From the sequence record PZ452607.1: a DNA stretch of 48,737 nt. The stretch is one strand, 5' to 3'. This DNA comes from a phage. The notes beneath the pieces were generated by a model, which was not told the origin of the DNA, made no database searches, and saw only the letters and a list, made by a program, of their open reading frames with translations. Positions 1-9,927 of this stretch are shown piece by piece. How positions within the stretch are numbered: position 1 is the first letter of the stretch; each line of letters starts with the position of its first letter. The position numbers and the translations under genes were made by a program.

Positions 1-15
1 ATGGGAGACTTAATC

Positions 16-1584
16 ATGATTCAATGGGAAGACCTTAACGCAACGCAGAAGTTAGCGATCAAGAAAATGAGCGAGGCCAATTTCGAAAAAATGATTCGGA
101 TCTGGTTCCAACTTATGCAGGCGCAGCAGTTCCAGCCTAACTGGCATCACCTTTACCTATGTCACGAAGTGGAGGAAATTATTGCAGGGCGGCGAGGGAA
201 TACAATCTTTAACGTCACACCAGGTTCCGGTAAAACTGAAGTGTTCTCAATTCACCTTCCGGTGTACGCAATGCTTAAGTGTAAGAAGGTGCGAAACCTT
301 AACGTGTCGTTTGCTGACAGCCTGGTTAAGCGTAACAGTAAGCGCGTCCGTGAGATTATCAGCAGCAACGAATTTCAAGAGCTATGGCCTTGCAAGTTCG
401 GTACATCGAAAGATGAGGAGATGCAGGTTCTTAACGAAGATGGAAAGGTTTGGTTTGAGTTGATATCCGCAGCGGCTGGCGGTCGTATTACTGGTTCGCG
501 TGGTGGCTACATGACGCCGGGATTCTCGGGGATGGTAATGCTAGACGATATCGACAAGCCTGATGATATGTTCTCAAAGGTTAAGCGTGAGCGTACGCAC
601 ATGCTATTGAAAAACACCATCCGTTCCCGTCGTATGCATAACGAGACGCCTATTATTGCAATTCAGCAGCGACTACATGCTCAGGATTCAACCTGGTTCA
701 TGATGAATGGCGGTATGGGTATTGAGTTTGACCAAATCTCAATACCGGCGCTGGTGACGGAAGAATACGGAAAGACACTTCCTGATTGGTTGCAGCCTTA
801 CTTTGAGCGTGATGTTTTATCGTCTGAGTATGTAGAATTGGATGGCGTTAAGCATTACTCTTTTTGGCCAAGCAAGGAAAGCGTTCACGACCTGTTGGCG
901 TTACGAGAAGCAGATCAGTATACCTTTGATTCTCAGTATCAGCAGAAACCGATCGCGCTGGGTGGCTCCGTGTTTAACTCAGAGTGGTGGACTTATTACG
1001 GCAGCAGTCTTGACGCTGACGAGCCAGATCCGGGTAAATATGATTACCGATTCATCACTGCCGATACCGCTCAGAAGACAGGCGAGCTAAACGACTACAC
1101 GGTATTTTGTTTGTGGGGCAAGAAGAATGATAAGGTTTACTTTATCGACGGCATTCGCGGAAAGTGGGAAGCGCCGGATATGGAGAGGCAATTTACAGCT
1201 TTCGTCAATCAGGCATGGAGGCACAATAAATCAATGGGGGTACTTCGTAAAATTTATGTGGAAGATAAGGCGAGCGGTACGGGCTTAATCCAGAACCTCA
1301 GGAAAAAGACCCCGATCTCAATCACTCCATTGCAGCGTAACAAAGACAAAGTTACCCGAGCTATGGATGCTCAGCCAGTTATTAAAGCCGGGCGCGTGGT
1401 TCTGCCAGAAGAGCACCCTATGCTTGCTGAAATTATCGCTGAACACAGTGCCTTCACTTACGATGACACCCATCCGCATGATGATATCGTCGATAACTTC
1501 ATGGATGCGGCGAACATCGAATTGCTGACCATTGATGATCCTATCGAGAGAATGAAGCGACTCGCCGGGATGGTTAAGCGGTAA
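16..1584 (+). CDS. terminase large subunit
   Basis: Long ORF directly after the putative small subunit and before portal; Walker A-like PGSGKT near N-terminus; RBS GGGAGA before ATG at 16 (track ORF starts at 1). Confidence 0.8.
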   Translation: MIQWEDLNATQKLAIKKMSEANFEKMIRIWFQLMQAQQFQPNWHHLYLCHEVEEIIAGRRGNTIFNVTPGSGKTEVFSIHLPVYAMLKCKKVRNLNVSFADSLVKRNSKRVREIISSNEFQELWPCKFGTSKDEEMQVLNEDGKVWFELISAAAGGRITGSRGGYMTPGFSGMVMLDDIDKPDDMFSKVKRERTHMLLKNTIRSRRMHNETPIIAIQQRLHAQDSTWFMMNGGMGIEFDQISIPALVTEEYGKTLPDWLQPYFERDVLSSEYVELDGVKHYSFWPSKESVHDLLALREADQYTFDSQYQQKPIALGGSVFNSEWWTYYGSSLDADEPDPGKYDYRFITADTAQKTGELNDYTVFCLWGKKNDKVYFIDGIRGKWEAPDMERQFTAFVNQAWRHNKSMGVLRKIYVEDKASGTGLIQNLRKKTPISITPLQRNKDKVTRAMDAQPVIKAGRVVLPEEHPMLAEIIAEHSAFTYDDTHPHDDIVDNFMDAANIELLTIDDPIERMKRLAGMVKR

Positions 1585-1601
1585 TAAATGAGATATAATT
1601 A

Positions 1602-1626
1602 GGGCTGTCAATTGACGGCCCTTTTT
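1602..1626 (+). terminator. hairpin plus T-run between terminase and portal (attenuator)
   Basis: GGGCTGTCAATTGACGGCCC then TTTTT. Confidence 0.45.
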
Positions 1627-1638
1627 ATTGGAGGAAAC

Positions 1639-2922
1639 ATGAAAATTGTTAAGCATGATGGATATAACGATATCTTTAACGGCGGCGCGGACGGATCGAC
1701 TAAGCCATTCTTTATGTCTGATGCATCATATCACGTCGGTTCTTTCTACAACGACAACGCAACCGCGAAGCGAATTGTGGATGTTATCCCGGAAGAGATG
1801 GTGACGGCTGGTTTTAAAATGTCAGGCGTTAAGGATGAAAAAGAGTTCAAGTCTTTATGGGATAGCTACAAACTTGATTCAAGTCTGGTGGATCTTCTTT
1901 GTTGGGCACGACTTTACGGTGGCGCGGCGATGGTGGCAATCATCAAAGACAACCGGATGTTAACCAGTCAGGCAAAGCCTGGAGCTAAACTTGAAGGCGT
2001 CCGAGTTTATGATCGATTTGCTATCACTGTTGAAAAGCGAGTCACCAATGCAAGATCTCCTCGCTATGGTGAGCCTGAAATTTACAAGGTATCCCCTGGC
2101 GACAATATGCAGCCGTACCTGATTCATCACTCAAGAGTCTTTATTGCTGATGGTGAACGAGTGGCGCAACAGGCAAGAAAGCAGAATCAAGGATGGGGAG
2201 CTTCGGTATTGAATAAGTCACTGATTGATGCAATCTGTGACTATGATTACTGTGAATCTCTGGCTACTCAGATCTTGCGACGTAAGCAACAGGCTGTATG
2301 GAAGGTCAAAGGTCTTGCCGAAATGTGTGATGATGATGATGCTCAGTATGCCGCGCGCCTGCGACTTGCTCAGGTAGATGATAACTCCGGCGTAGGCCGT
2401 GCGATCGGTATCGATGCTGAGACTGAGGAATATGACGTTCTCAACTCTGATATCAGCGGAGTCCCTGAGTTCTTATCAAGCAAGATGGACCGCATCGTCT
2501 CCCTATCCGGGATTCATGAGATTATCATCAAGAATAAGAACGTAGGCGGCGTATCAGCGAGCCAAAACACAGCGCTTGAGACTTTCTATAAGCTAGTCGA
2601 TCGCAAGCGCGAGGAAGATTACAGGCCGCTTCTTGAGTTCTTGTTGCCGTTCATTGTTGATGAGGAAGAGTGGTCGATCGAGTTTGAGCCTTTGTCTGTT
2701 CCGAGTAAGAAAGAGGAATCAGAGATCACGAAGAATAACGTTGAGTCAGTCACGAAGGCTATCACTGAGCAAATCATCGATCTGGAAGAAGCTCGCGACA
2801 CGTTGCGATCCATTGCCCCTGAGTTCAAACTCAAGGATGGTAATAACATCAACATTCGCGAACCGGAAGAAACAACCGAACCGGAGCCGGGATTAGGGGA
2901 GAAGTTAGAAGATGAAAATTAA
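1639..2922 (+). CDS. portal protein
   Basis: 427-aa ORF immediately after terminase; RBS GGAGGA before ATG 1639; acidic C-terminus; position in packaging module. Confidence 0.7.
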   Translation: MKIVKHDGYNDIFNGGADGSTKPFFMSDASYHVGSFYNDNATAKRIVDVIPEEMVTAGFKMSGVKDEKEFKSLWDSYKLDSSLVDLLCWARLYGGAAMVAIIKDNRMLTSQAKPGAKLEGVRVYDRFAITVEKRVTNARSPRYGEPEIYKVSPGDNMQPYLIHHSRVFIADGERVAQQARKQNQGWGASVLNKSLIDAICDYDYCESLATQILRRKQQAVWKVKGLAEMCDDDDAQYAARLRLAQVDDNSGVGRAIGIDAETEEYDVLNSDISGVPEFLSSKMDRIVSLSGIHEIIIKNKNVGGVSASQNTALETFYKLVDRKREEDYRPLLEFLLPFIVDEEEWSIEFEPLSVPSKKEESEITKNNVESVTKAITEQIIDLEEARDTLRSIAPEFKLKDGNNINIREPEETTEPEPGLGEKLEDEN

Positions 2923-3673
2923 TGGCGTTGCAACACAGTGGCGCTATCCTGAAATGAGCGAGCGCGCAATGTCGCGCTCCCTACAGGATGTTGCAGCCAA
3001 ACTAACTGAAAAAATGCGTGACGAATTAAAGCCGATGAAATTTGACGCTACCGACGAAGAGATAGATCAGACAGAGAGGTCATTGCTTGATTACGTCGAA
3101 TCACTCATCGCTCCGATTATTGGTTCTCTATCATCCGTTGCGCTCACGATCTATAAATTCAACTCTAAGCAGTGGCTGCGCATCGCTCGCAATGCTGGAG
3201 GTAAGAAGAATCAAGCCGTGATGCTACTTGCCCTGATTGGTCCTACCGCTGCCGAAAGCTGGTACTCAGGACAATATAATCTGTGGCGATCGCAGGTTGC
3301 TACTTCTATCAGGAAATTTGCCGCCAACATGGTTACTGATTTCACTGATAAACTTCGTGCGGCATCCGGTCAGGGTAAAAGCAAGGATTTTGTTGTTGAA
3401 CTTGCTAAGGAGCGATTTGGTATTTACCGGAACTGGGCCAAAAATAGAGCGTCGGGAATTGTCGGAACCTGGAACAGTAGACTGATGCGTCAGCGCATAA
3501 AAGACGCTGGTGTCTCTTACTATTTCTGGCGCGGGGTGATGGATTTACGCGAACGTGAAAAACATGTAAGATGGGAAGGTAAGCGCATAGCGGTAGATTC
3601 CGATCATGTATTCCCTGGTGAGGAATACAACTGCCGCTGTTGGGCTGTTCCAGACTTTTCTACAGGAGATTAA
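2912..3673 (+). CDS. minor head / head morphogenesis protein (Mu F / SPP1 gp7-like)
   Basis: Start overlaps portal stop; size and position typical of head morphogenesis protein. Confidence 0.5.
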   Translation: MKINGVATQWRYPEMSERAMSRSLQDVAAKLTEKMRDELKPMKFDATDEEIDQTERSLLDYVESLIAPIIGSLSSVALTIYKFNSKQWLRIARNAGGKKNQAVMLLALIGPTAAESWYSGQYNLWRSQVATSIRKFAANMVTDFTDKLRAASGQGKSKDFVVELAKERFGIYRNWAKNRASGIVGTWNSRLMRQRIKDAGVSYYFWRGVMDLREREKHVRWEGKRIAVDSDHVFPGEEYNCRCWAVPDFSTGD

Positions 3674-3675
3674 AA

Positions 3676-4788
3676 ATGAAGGCAAAGCAAAGATTCGATT
3701 CAGTAAAAATCAAGGCGCACTTTGATGATAACGGTTTTTTAGTTGACCGCCCAATCGTGGCGCGAATCGGCGCTCAGGTTTACAAAACGCCGCACGGCGA
3801 TCGAGTTGAGTTCCGTCCGGCGTCCGAAGTTTTCAAGCAAGACTCCTTGCAAAGTTTTGCGGGTAAGCCAATTACTGTCGGTCACGTAACGGTAACTCCG
3901 CAGAATGCTAAGAACGTTGTTGTCGGATCGTGTGCTGGCGCTGGTATTGCTTCAGGGGTTGGCGTTGAAGTTCCTTTGAGTATTTACAGCGACTACGCGA
4001 TCAGCAAGGCTAAAGCAAAAGAAGCAGGTGAATTATCTGTTGGTTATACTTCGGTTGATATTGATAAGCCTGGTTGGGGTTCAAATGAGACTGGAGAATA
4101 TATCTTCGAAGAGGATATGAAACAGGACGAAGCGCCGCCTGAAGGTTGGGTGAGATTCGACGCGGTACAAACTAATATCAAGGTCAACCATATTGCCCTA
4201 GTTTTTAAAGGTCGTGCGGGAATTGCTAAATTAAATCTTGATGCCGAACAGGAGTTCCCGTATGATAATAACGTTCAATTAACTAACGAGGACAAGCAAA
4301 TGAAAAAAATTAAGATCGACTCAGTTGATGTGGAAGTAACCGAAGACGTTGCGAACCATATCGAAAAATTAACCGCGCAGATTGCCACCATTCAGGGGAA
4401 AGCTGATGGCTTCGAAGCTGAGCGCGATGCGCTGAAGGTTAAGGTTGACTCTCTGCCGGAACTTGTGAAGGCCGAGGTAGAGAAGCAAAAAGCCGATGCC
4501 GCCGCACGCGCAGAAGTTACCGCAGTAGCAGAAACCGCAGGCGTCAAACATGATGGTCTTGATATCAAAGACGTCAAGATTGCCGTAGTTAAAGCCATGC
4601 TTGATAAAGATGTTAGTGAAAAATCAGACGCATATATCGACGCTATGTTTGATGTTGCTAAAGATTCTGATATCATGGCTATTCAGCGTAAAGCAGTAAA
4701 AGGCGACTCTATCGAAGGCGGTAAGCCGGAAGAGAAAAACGACGCCGCGCCTGTTACGCCAAATTCACGTTTAAGCAAAGTAATGTAA
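3676..4788 (+). CDS. putative scaffolding / prohead protein
   Basis: RBS AGGAG before ATG 3676; C-terminal charged coiled-coil-like segment; lies between head morphogenesis and capsid genes. Confidence 0.45.
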   Translation: MKAKQRFDSVKIKAHFDDNGFLVDRPIVARIGAQVYKTPHGDRVEFRPASEVFKQDSLQSFAGKPITVGHVTVTPQNAKNVVVGSCAGAGIASGVGVEVPLSIYSDYAISKAKAKEAGELSVGYTSVDIDKPGWGSNETGEYIFEEDMKQDEAPPEGWVRFDAVQTNIKVNHIALVFKGRAGIAKLNLDAEQEFPYDNNVQLTNEDKQMKKIKIDSVDVEVTEDVANHIEKLTAQIATIQGKADGFEAERDALKVKVDSLPELVKAEVEKQKADAAARAEVTAVAETAGVKHDGLDIKDVKIAVVKAMLDKDVSEKSDAYIDAMFDVAKDSDIMAIQRKAVKGDSIEGGKPEEKNDAAPVTPNSRLSKVM

Positions 4789-4799
4789 GGGGAAATATC

Positions 4800-5276
4800 A
4801 TGGCACAAATTAATGCATCTTATCAGCGAGATATGGCGATTGCGCTTCCGGGTATGGTTGCGGATACTTCAAAGTACAATATTGACGGCGCTTGTGTCGT
4901 TAATGAAGGTGATGTTCTTGTTGGCGCTGCCGTACAAGTTGTTCAAGCTCAGGCGGTTGATGGTCATAAGTTGGTTAAGGCTCTTACTACCGGAACCACT
5001 CCTTACGGCGTGGCAATCCGATCTCACTGGCAGACTGTTAACGCTCAAAATCAGATGATTTACGAAGATGGCGGCGCTATCAACGTGATGACTTCAGGCC
5101 GAGTATGGATGCTTTCCAAATCCACCGAAGCGCCAACTTTCGGCTCTGCCGTTAAACTTGATGTTGATGGTCAGGAAAAATCTGATGGCACGATCGAAAC
5201 AACCTGGACCTACGCTGGCGGTTGGACTAAATACAAAGATATTCAGCTTGTTGAGGTTCAGTTGCATCAACTGTAA
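4800..5276 (+). CDS. capsid-associated protein (paralogue of next gene N-domain)
   Basis: N-terminal region (YNIDGACV..G..VQVV) clearly similar to N-terminus of 5338..6105 product; followed by intrinsic terminator. Confidence 0.4.
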   Translation: MAQINASYQRDMAIALPGMVADTSKYNIDGACVVNEGDVLVGAAVQVVQAQAVDGHKLVKALTTGTTPYGVAIRSHWQTVNAQNQMIYEDGGAINVMTSGRVWMLSKSTEAPTFGSAVKLDVDGQEKSDGTIETTWTYAGGWTKYKDIQLVEVQLHQL

Positions 5277-5292
5277 TTAGCGTTTAATATGG

Positions 5293-5323
5293 GGACTATC
5301 CTTTTTTGGATAGTCCTTTTTTT
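5293..5323 (+). terminator. intrinsic terminator
   Basis: GGACTATCC / GGATAGTCC stem then T7. Confidence 0.6.
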
Positions 5324-5337
5324 ATGGAGAAATCATT

Positions 5338-6105
5338 ATGGCTTACGAAAATTTAATGTTGCGCCCGGCGTGTCCGGGAAATCTTTCTGATACTTCAACC
5401 TACAATATTGATGGCGCTTGCGTGGCTCAAGGTGACATTGAGTTCGGCTCAGCGGTTCAGGTTGTCGGCATCGTTGATGGTGTAAAAGTTGTTACGGCGC
5501 TTTCTGATGGTGGAACTCCTTACGGTATCGCTTTCCGTTCCCAATATGAACACCTGAGCGGTAAAATCCTCGACGGTGAAGTGTGCAACGTCGTTTCTCA
5601 CGGTCGCGTGTGGGCGCTTACTTCTCTTGATGAGGCTCCCAGCTTGTTCTCAAAGTTGCAGTTTGGATCTGGTGGGGTTGTTACTGGTGGATCTGGTTAC
5701 GCAGGATGGACCTTTGCTGGCGGCTTTGTTAAGCACGAAGATGGCTACATTATTGAGGTTCGGGTGAAACAAAATGCTTTCATCGTTCCACCGCCGCCGC
5801 CCCCTGTCGTTCTTGTTGAATCCGCTACAATCACCACTGACAAGGAAAGCCCTCAGCCAAACAACGTTACGATCCAGTGTGTAGCTAATGCTCTTCCGGC
5901 TAATGCAACTGATAAGACTGGCAAATGGTCAATCGACGCTACCAATATCGCCACTGTCAATCCGGACTCAGGTCTTGTAACTCCTGTTGGTGGAGAGGTA
6001 GTCGGTGATTTCAATATTACCTGGACGGCTAACGATGCCAGCAAGACGACGGCAACCATTGCTTATCGCGTAGAAGCAGTGCCAACGCCAGAGGTTGATG
6101 TATAA
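5338..6105 (+). CDS. capsid decoration-like protein with C-terminal Ig-like (Big_2-type) domain
   Basis: N-domain paralogous to 4800..5276; poly-proline linker PPPPPP; C-terminal Ig-like segment; followed by terminator. Confidence 0.5.
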   Translation: MAYENLMLRPACPGNLSDTSTYNIDGACVAQGDIEFGSAVQVVGIVDGVKVVTALSDGGTPYGIAFRSQYEHLSGKILDGEVCNVVSHGRVWALTSLDEAPSLFSKLQFGSGGVVTGGSGYAGWTFAGGFVKHEDGYIIEVRVKQNAFIVPPPPPPVVLVESATITTDKESPQPNNVTIQCVANALPANATDKTGKWSIDATNIATVNPDSGLVTPVGGEVVGDFNITWTANDASKTTATIAYRVEAVPTPEVDV

Positions 6106-6124
6106 CATAAAAACACTTTGACGC

Positions 6125-6144
6125 TTTAACAAAAAGTGCTATTA
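6125..6144 (-). promoter_or_regulatory. box copy, antisense orientation, late region
   Basis: Reverse complement reads AATAGCACTTTTTGTTAAAG; no convincing -10 at the usual spacing. Confidence 0.4.
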
Positions 6145-6150
6145 TTGAAG

Positions 6151-6175
6151 CCGTGAACATAATCACGGTTTTTTA
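6151..6175 (+). terminator. intrinsic terminator
   Basis: CCGTGA..TCACGG stem then T6. Confidence 0.6.
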
Positions 6176-6195
6176 TTAACTATGGAGAAGTAATC

Positions 6196-7155
6196 ATGAC
6201 TACTAAAAAATTTGATGAAGCAGATAAAAGCAATGTTGAAATGTATCTGATCCAGGCTGGCGTAAAACAGGATGCGGCCGCAACGATGGGTATCTGGACC
6301 GCTCAGGAACTACACCGCATCAAAAGCCAGTCCTATGAAGAAGACTACCCGGTCGGCTCAGCTTTACGCGTATTCCCGGTTACAACCGAGCTTTCTCCGA
6401 CCGACAAGACGTTTGAGTATATGACCTTTGATAAGGTTGGTACGGCTCAGATTATCGCAGACTACACCGACGATCTTCCGCTGGTTGATGCCCTGGGTAC
6501 TTCTGAATTTGGCAAGGTGTTCCGTCTTGGTAACGCGTACCTGATCTCAATCGACGAAATCAAAGCGGGTCAGGCAACTGGTCGCCCACTGTCAACCCGT
6601 AAGGCGAGTGCGTGCCAGTTGGCGCATGATCAGCTTGTTAACCGCCTGGTGTTCAAAGGTTCCGCGCCGCACAAGATTGTGTCCGTGTTCAACCATCCGA
6701 ATATCACCAAAATTACCTCTGGTAAGTGGATTGATGTATCTACTATGAAGCCGGAAACTGCGGAAGCTGAGCTAACTCAAGCGATCGAAACCATCGAGAC
6801 GATTACTCGTGGTCAGCACCGCGCAACCAACATCCTGATCCCGCCTTCCATGCGTAAGGTTTTGGCGATTCGTATGCCTGAGACAACCATGTCTTACCTG
6901 GACTATTTTAAGTCTCAGAACTCCGGTATCGAAATCGACTCTATCGCAGAGCTTGAGGATATTGACGGCGCAGGCACCAAAGGCGTACTGGTGTACGAAA
7001 AGAATCCGATGAACATGTCCATCGAGATCCCGGAAGCATTTAACATGCTGCCAGCACAACCGAAAGACTTGCACTTTAAAGTGCCTTGCACCTCTAAGTG
7101 TACTGGTCTTACAATTTATCGCCCGATGACTATTGTCTTAATCACTGGCGTGTAA
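6196..7155 (+). CDS. major capsid protein
   Basis: 319-aa ORF in head module bracketed by strong terminators; size and position fit major capsid subunit. Confidence 0.6.
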   Translation: MTTKKFDEADKSNVEMYLIQAGVKQDAAATMGIWTAQELHRIKSQSYEEDYPVGSALRVFPVTTELSPTDKTFEYMTFDKVGTAQIIADYTDDLPLVDALGTSEFGKVFRLGNAYLISIDEIKAGQATGRPLSTRKASACQLAHDQLVNRLVFKGSAPHKIVSVFNHPNITKITSGKWIDVSTMKPETAEAELTQAIETIETITRGQHRATNILIPPSMRKVLAIRMPETTMSYLDYFKSQNSGIEIDSIAELEDIDGAGTKGVLVYEKNPMNMSIEIPEAFNMLPAQPKDLHFKVPCTSKCTGLTIYRPMTIVLITGV

Positions 7156-7162
7156 TATTATA

Positions 7163-7190
7163 GGGGCTAACTTAGTTAGTCCCTTTTTTT
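7163..7190 (+). terminator. intrinsic terminator after major capsid gene
   Basis: GGGGCTAAC / GTTAGTCCC stem then T7. Confidence 0.6.
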
Positions 7191-7205
7191 ATTGGAGAAA
7201 TCAAA

Positions 7206-7493
7206 ATGGCTAAAGAAAAAACTGTTGTTATCGTAAACGTTGGTGTAGCTCTTCAGATGTTCCGTCTTGAAGATGGTTCATTTGCTAAAGTTCTTCCAGA
7301 TGAAGAGGTCACGCTTCCGGCGTCCGTTCTTGATTTACCTGGTCTGCGTTGCTTAATTGCTCGCGAAGAAATCGAAGTTAAAGACGACAGTGCAACCAAC
7401 CGCAAAATCCGCGCTGAAATGGCAAAGATCACGAAGCCAGATCCGTGGGATAAAATGAGCGTAAAAGAGCTTGAAGACGGCGGCGAATATTAA
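7206..7493 (+). CDS. hypothetical head-module protein
   Basis: 95-aa ORF with RBS GGAGAAA, flanked by terminators on both sides. Confidence 0.4.
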   Translation: MAKEKTVVIVNVGVALQMFRLEDGSFAKVLPDEEVTLPASVLDLPGLRCLIAREEIEVKDDSATNRKIRAEMAKITKPDPWDKMSVKELEDGGEY

Positions 7494-7498
7494 TCATC

Positions 7499-7524
7499 AA
7501 GGCGCTCATGTAGCGCCTTTTTTT
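7499..7524 (+). terminator. intrinsic terminator
   Basis: AAGGCGCT..AGCGCCTT stem then T7. Confidence 0.6.
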
Positions 7525-7537
7525 ATGGTGGTAAATT

Positions 7538-7948
7538 ATGAATCAAGAAACTTTAATTGCAGTTGTTGAGCAAATGCGAAAGCTGGTTCCGGCACTTCGT
7601 AAGGTTCCAGACGAAACGCTTTATGCGTGGGTAGAAATGGCTGAGCTTTTTGTATGCCAGAAGACCTTTAAAGACGCATACGTCAAAGCGCTCGCTCTTT
7701 ATGCATTGCACCTTGCTTTCCTTGACGGGGCGCTAAAAGGTGAAGATGAGGATCTGGAATCGTACTCACGACGAGTTACGTCATTCTCCCTGAGCGGTGA
7801 ATTTAGCCAGACTTTCGGAGAGGTTACAAAGAACCAGTCAGGAGACATGATGCTTTCGACGCCGTGGGGTAAGATGTTCGAACAGCTTAAAGCGCGACGC
7901 CGTGGTCGATTCGCATTAATGACAGGACTCCGTGGAGGATGCCACTAA
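7538..7948 (+). CDS. head-tail adaptor/connector protein
   Basis: Position after capsid genes; size typical of adaptor proteins. Confidence 0.4.
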   Translation: MNQETLIAVVEQMRKLVPALRKVPDETLYAWVEMAELFVCQKTFKDAYVKALALYALHLAFLDGALKGEDEDLESYSRRVTSFSLSGEFSQTFGEVTKNQSGDMMLSTPWGKMFEQLKARRRGRFALMTGLRGGCH

Positions 7949-8319
7949 TGAACTACTCACAGATTGAAAGGATGGCTCGCAAAGGTGTGGCTTTCTTCAC
8001 CGATCCGTCAAGACCTATGAACCTGATAAAGCAAGGTGAATACGGATATGATGAAAACGGATTCGAGATCCCACCGATGGAACAGGTTATTCCAATATCC
8101 GGCGCGACGCGAAGACCGAACGCGCGTGAGATTGACGGGGAAACCATCCGCGCCTCAGATATTTTGGGGATCTTCAATAATGATCATGAAATAAACGAAG
8201 GTGACTATATAGAGATTGATGGCATTCGTCATGTTGTCGTTGATGCTCGCCCGGTTCAGGCGTCACTGGAACCAGTTGCCTATCGTCCAGTATTGCGGAG
8301 GGTATCAGTCGGTGGCTAA
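7939..8319 (+). CDS. head closure / head-tail joining protein
   Basis: Overlapping start with previous gene; position in neck module. Confidence 0.4.
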   Translation: MPLMNYSQIERMARKGVAFFTDPSRPMNLIKQGEYGYDENGFEIPPMEQVIPISGATRRPNAREIDGETIRASDILGIFNNDHEINEGDYIEIDGIRHVVVDARPVQASLEPVAYRPVLRRVSVGG

Positions 8320-8755
8320 TTATCAGATTCGTAGATTTCAAGGCGAGATTGATGCGTGGATTAATGCCGCTGAAAGCACGTTAGAACATGCTATTGAGAT
8401 ATTCGTAAGGGATGTTCACGACGCTCTTGTTAGCCGCTCCCCTGTTGATACAGGTCGATTCAAGGGTAACTGGCAGATAACTTTTAACGAAATCCCTAAC
8501 CACGCATTAAACCGATACGATAAAACTGGCGGTGTCGTCAGGGGTGAGGAACAGGCAAAAACTTATGGCATGTTCAGCCGTGGCGGCGCGATAACATCCG
8601 TTCACTTTTCAAACATGTTGATTTATGCAAACGCTCTTGAGTACGGTCATTCACAGCAAGCACCGAGCGGCGTTGTCGGTCTTGTGGCGTTAAGGCTTAG
8701 ATCATATATGGCTGACGCAATCAAGCAGGCAAGGAGACAGCAAAATGCACTATGA
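8312..8755 (+). CDS. neck / tail completion protein (HK97 gp10-like)
   Basis: Motif RFKGNW and ..ALEYG.. remembered from HK97 gp10 family; probable GTG start at 8312 after GGAGG (track ORF extends to 8216); start uncertain. Confidence 0.4.
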   Translation: MANYQIRRFQGEIDAWINAAESTLEHAIEIFVRDVHDALVSRSPVDTGRFKGNWQITFNEIPNHALNRYDKTGGVVRGEEQAKTYGMFSRGGAITSVHFSNMLIYANALEYGHSQQAPSGVVGLVALRLRSYMADAIKQARRQQNAL

Positions 8756-9143
8756 GTTATCAGCGGCGGCGCGAGCCGCTTTTCTATCAAAGTACAGAGA
8801 CTTTCCTCACTACATGGAAAACAGAAATTTCACACCGCCGAAGGATGGCGGGATGTGGCTGAGGTTCAACTACATTGAAGGGGATACGCTTTATCTATCC
8901 ATTGACAGAAAGTGTAAATCTTACATCGCAATCGTTCAGATCGGCGTAGTGTTCCCTCCAGGCTCCGGCGTTGACGAAGCAAGATTGAAAGCAAAAGAGA
9001 TTGCTGATTTTTTCAAAGATGGTAAAATGCTTAACGTTGGTTATATTTTCGAGGGTGCAATCGTGCATCAAATTGTTAAACATGAAAGCGGGTGGATGAT
9101 TCCGGTTCGCTTTACAGTACGAGTAGACACAAAGGAGACTTAA
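8745..9143 (+). CDS. tail terminator-like protein
   Basis: ORF between neck protein and major tail protein. Confidence 0.35.
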   Translation: MHYELSAAARAAFLSKYRDFPHYMENRNFTPPKDGGMWLRFNYIEGDTLYLSIDRKCKSYIAIVQIGVVFPPGSGVDEARLKAKEIADFFKDGKMLNVGYIFEGAIVHQIVKHESGWMIPVRFTVRVDTKET

Positions 9144-9145
9144 TT

Positions 9146-9814
9146 ATGCACTTACCAAATGGCGCACAAATTTTCGTGGAAACCTCTCGCGGGGTAGAGG
9201 TTGAGGCAACCGCTATCACTAACGCAGAAAATCCTGTTGCTACAGTTGCATCTAAGGGTGACTTGGCAAAAGGTGATTACGTTATTGTAACTCAGTCAAC
9301 TTGGGCAAAGATGGTTAGTCGAGTGCTAATTGTTACTGACGCTCAGGAAACAAGTATCACTCTTGCTGGAATTGACACCTCCGATACTCTTGTTTTCCCG
9401 GCTGGCGGCACGATGAGCTTTGCAAAAATTACTGGCTGGACTGAGATCCCTTGCGTACAGGAGATTGGTCAGGACGGCGGCGAGCAGCAGTATTACACTT
9501 ATCAGTGTTTGTCCGACGATAAAGAGCAGCAGATCCCAACGTTTAAATCTGCGGTCTCGCTAACTTACACCTTCGCGCACGAATTTGATAACCCGATCTA
9601 CCCGATTCTGCGCAAGCTGGATTCGTCTGGTCAGGTAACAGCGGTTCGAATGTACGTTCCGAAAGCGAGCGAAATGCGCATGTGGGCTGGCATCTTGTCG
9701 TTTAACGATATCCCATCCACGCAGGTTAACGAAATGGAAACGGTGGAACTCGCCGTATCCCTGAAAGGTGACTTTACTTTCATCTCATCCACTCTGGCAT
9801 CGCCTGGTGCTTAA
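9146..9814 (+). CDS. major tail protein
   Basis: RBS AAGGAGAC before ATG 9146; directly upstream of chaperone/tape measure; followed by hairpin terminator. Confidence 0.55.
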   Translation: MHLPNGAQIFVETSRGVEVEATAITNAENPVATVASKGDLAKGDYVIVTQSTWAKMVSRVLIVTDAQETSITLAGIDTSDTLVFPAGGTMSFAKITGWTEIPCVQEIGQDGGEQQYYTYQCLSDDKEQQIPTFKSAVSLTYTFAHEFDNPIYPILRKLDSSGQVTAVRMYVPKASEMRMWAGILSFNDIPSTQVNEMETVELAVSLKGDFTFISSTLASPGA

Positions 9815-9826
9815 ATACCATCCACA

Positions 9827-9852
9827 GGGGGCTTGCACCCCCTTATTCATTT
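9827..9852 (+). terminator. probable intrinsic terminator after major tail protein
   Basis: GGGGG..CCCCC stem then T-rich tract. Confidence 0.4.
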
Positions 9853-9887
9853 CTGTAAAATCATCTTATCAACTTTATTCGATTAAC

Positions 9888-9907
9888 TTTTAACAAAAAG
9901 TGCTATC
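9888..9907 (-). promoter_or_regulatory. box copy, antisense orientation, late region
   Basis: Reverse complement reads ATAGCACTTTTTGTTAAAAG. Confidence 0.4.
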
Positions 9908-9927
9908 AACCAATCAGGAGAAACATC

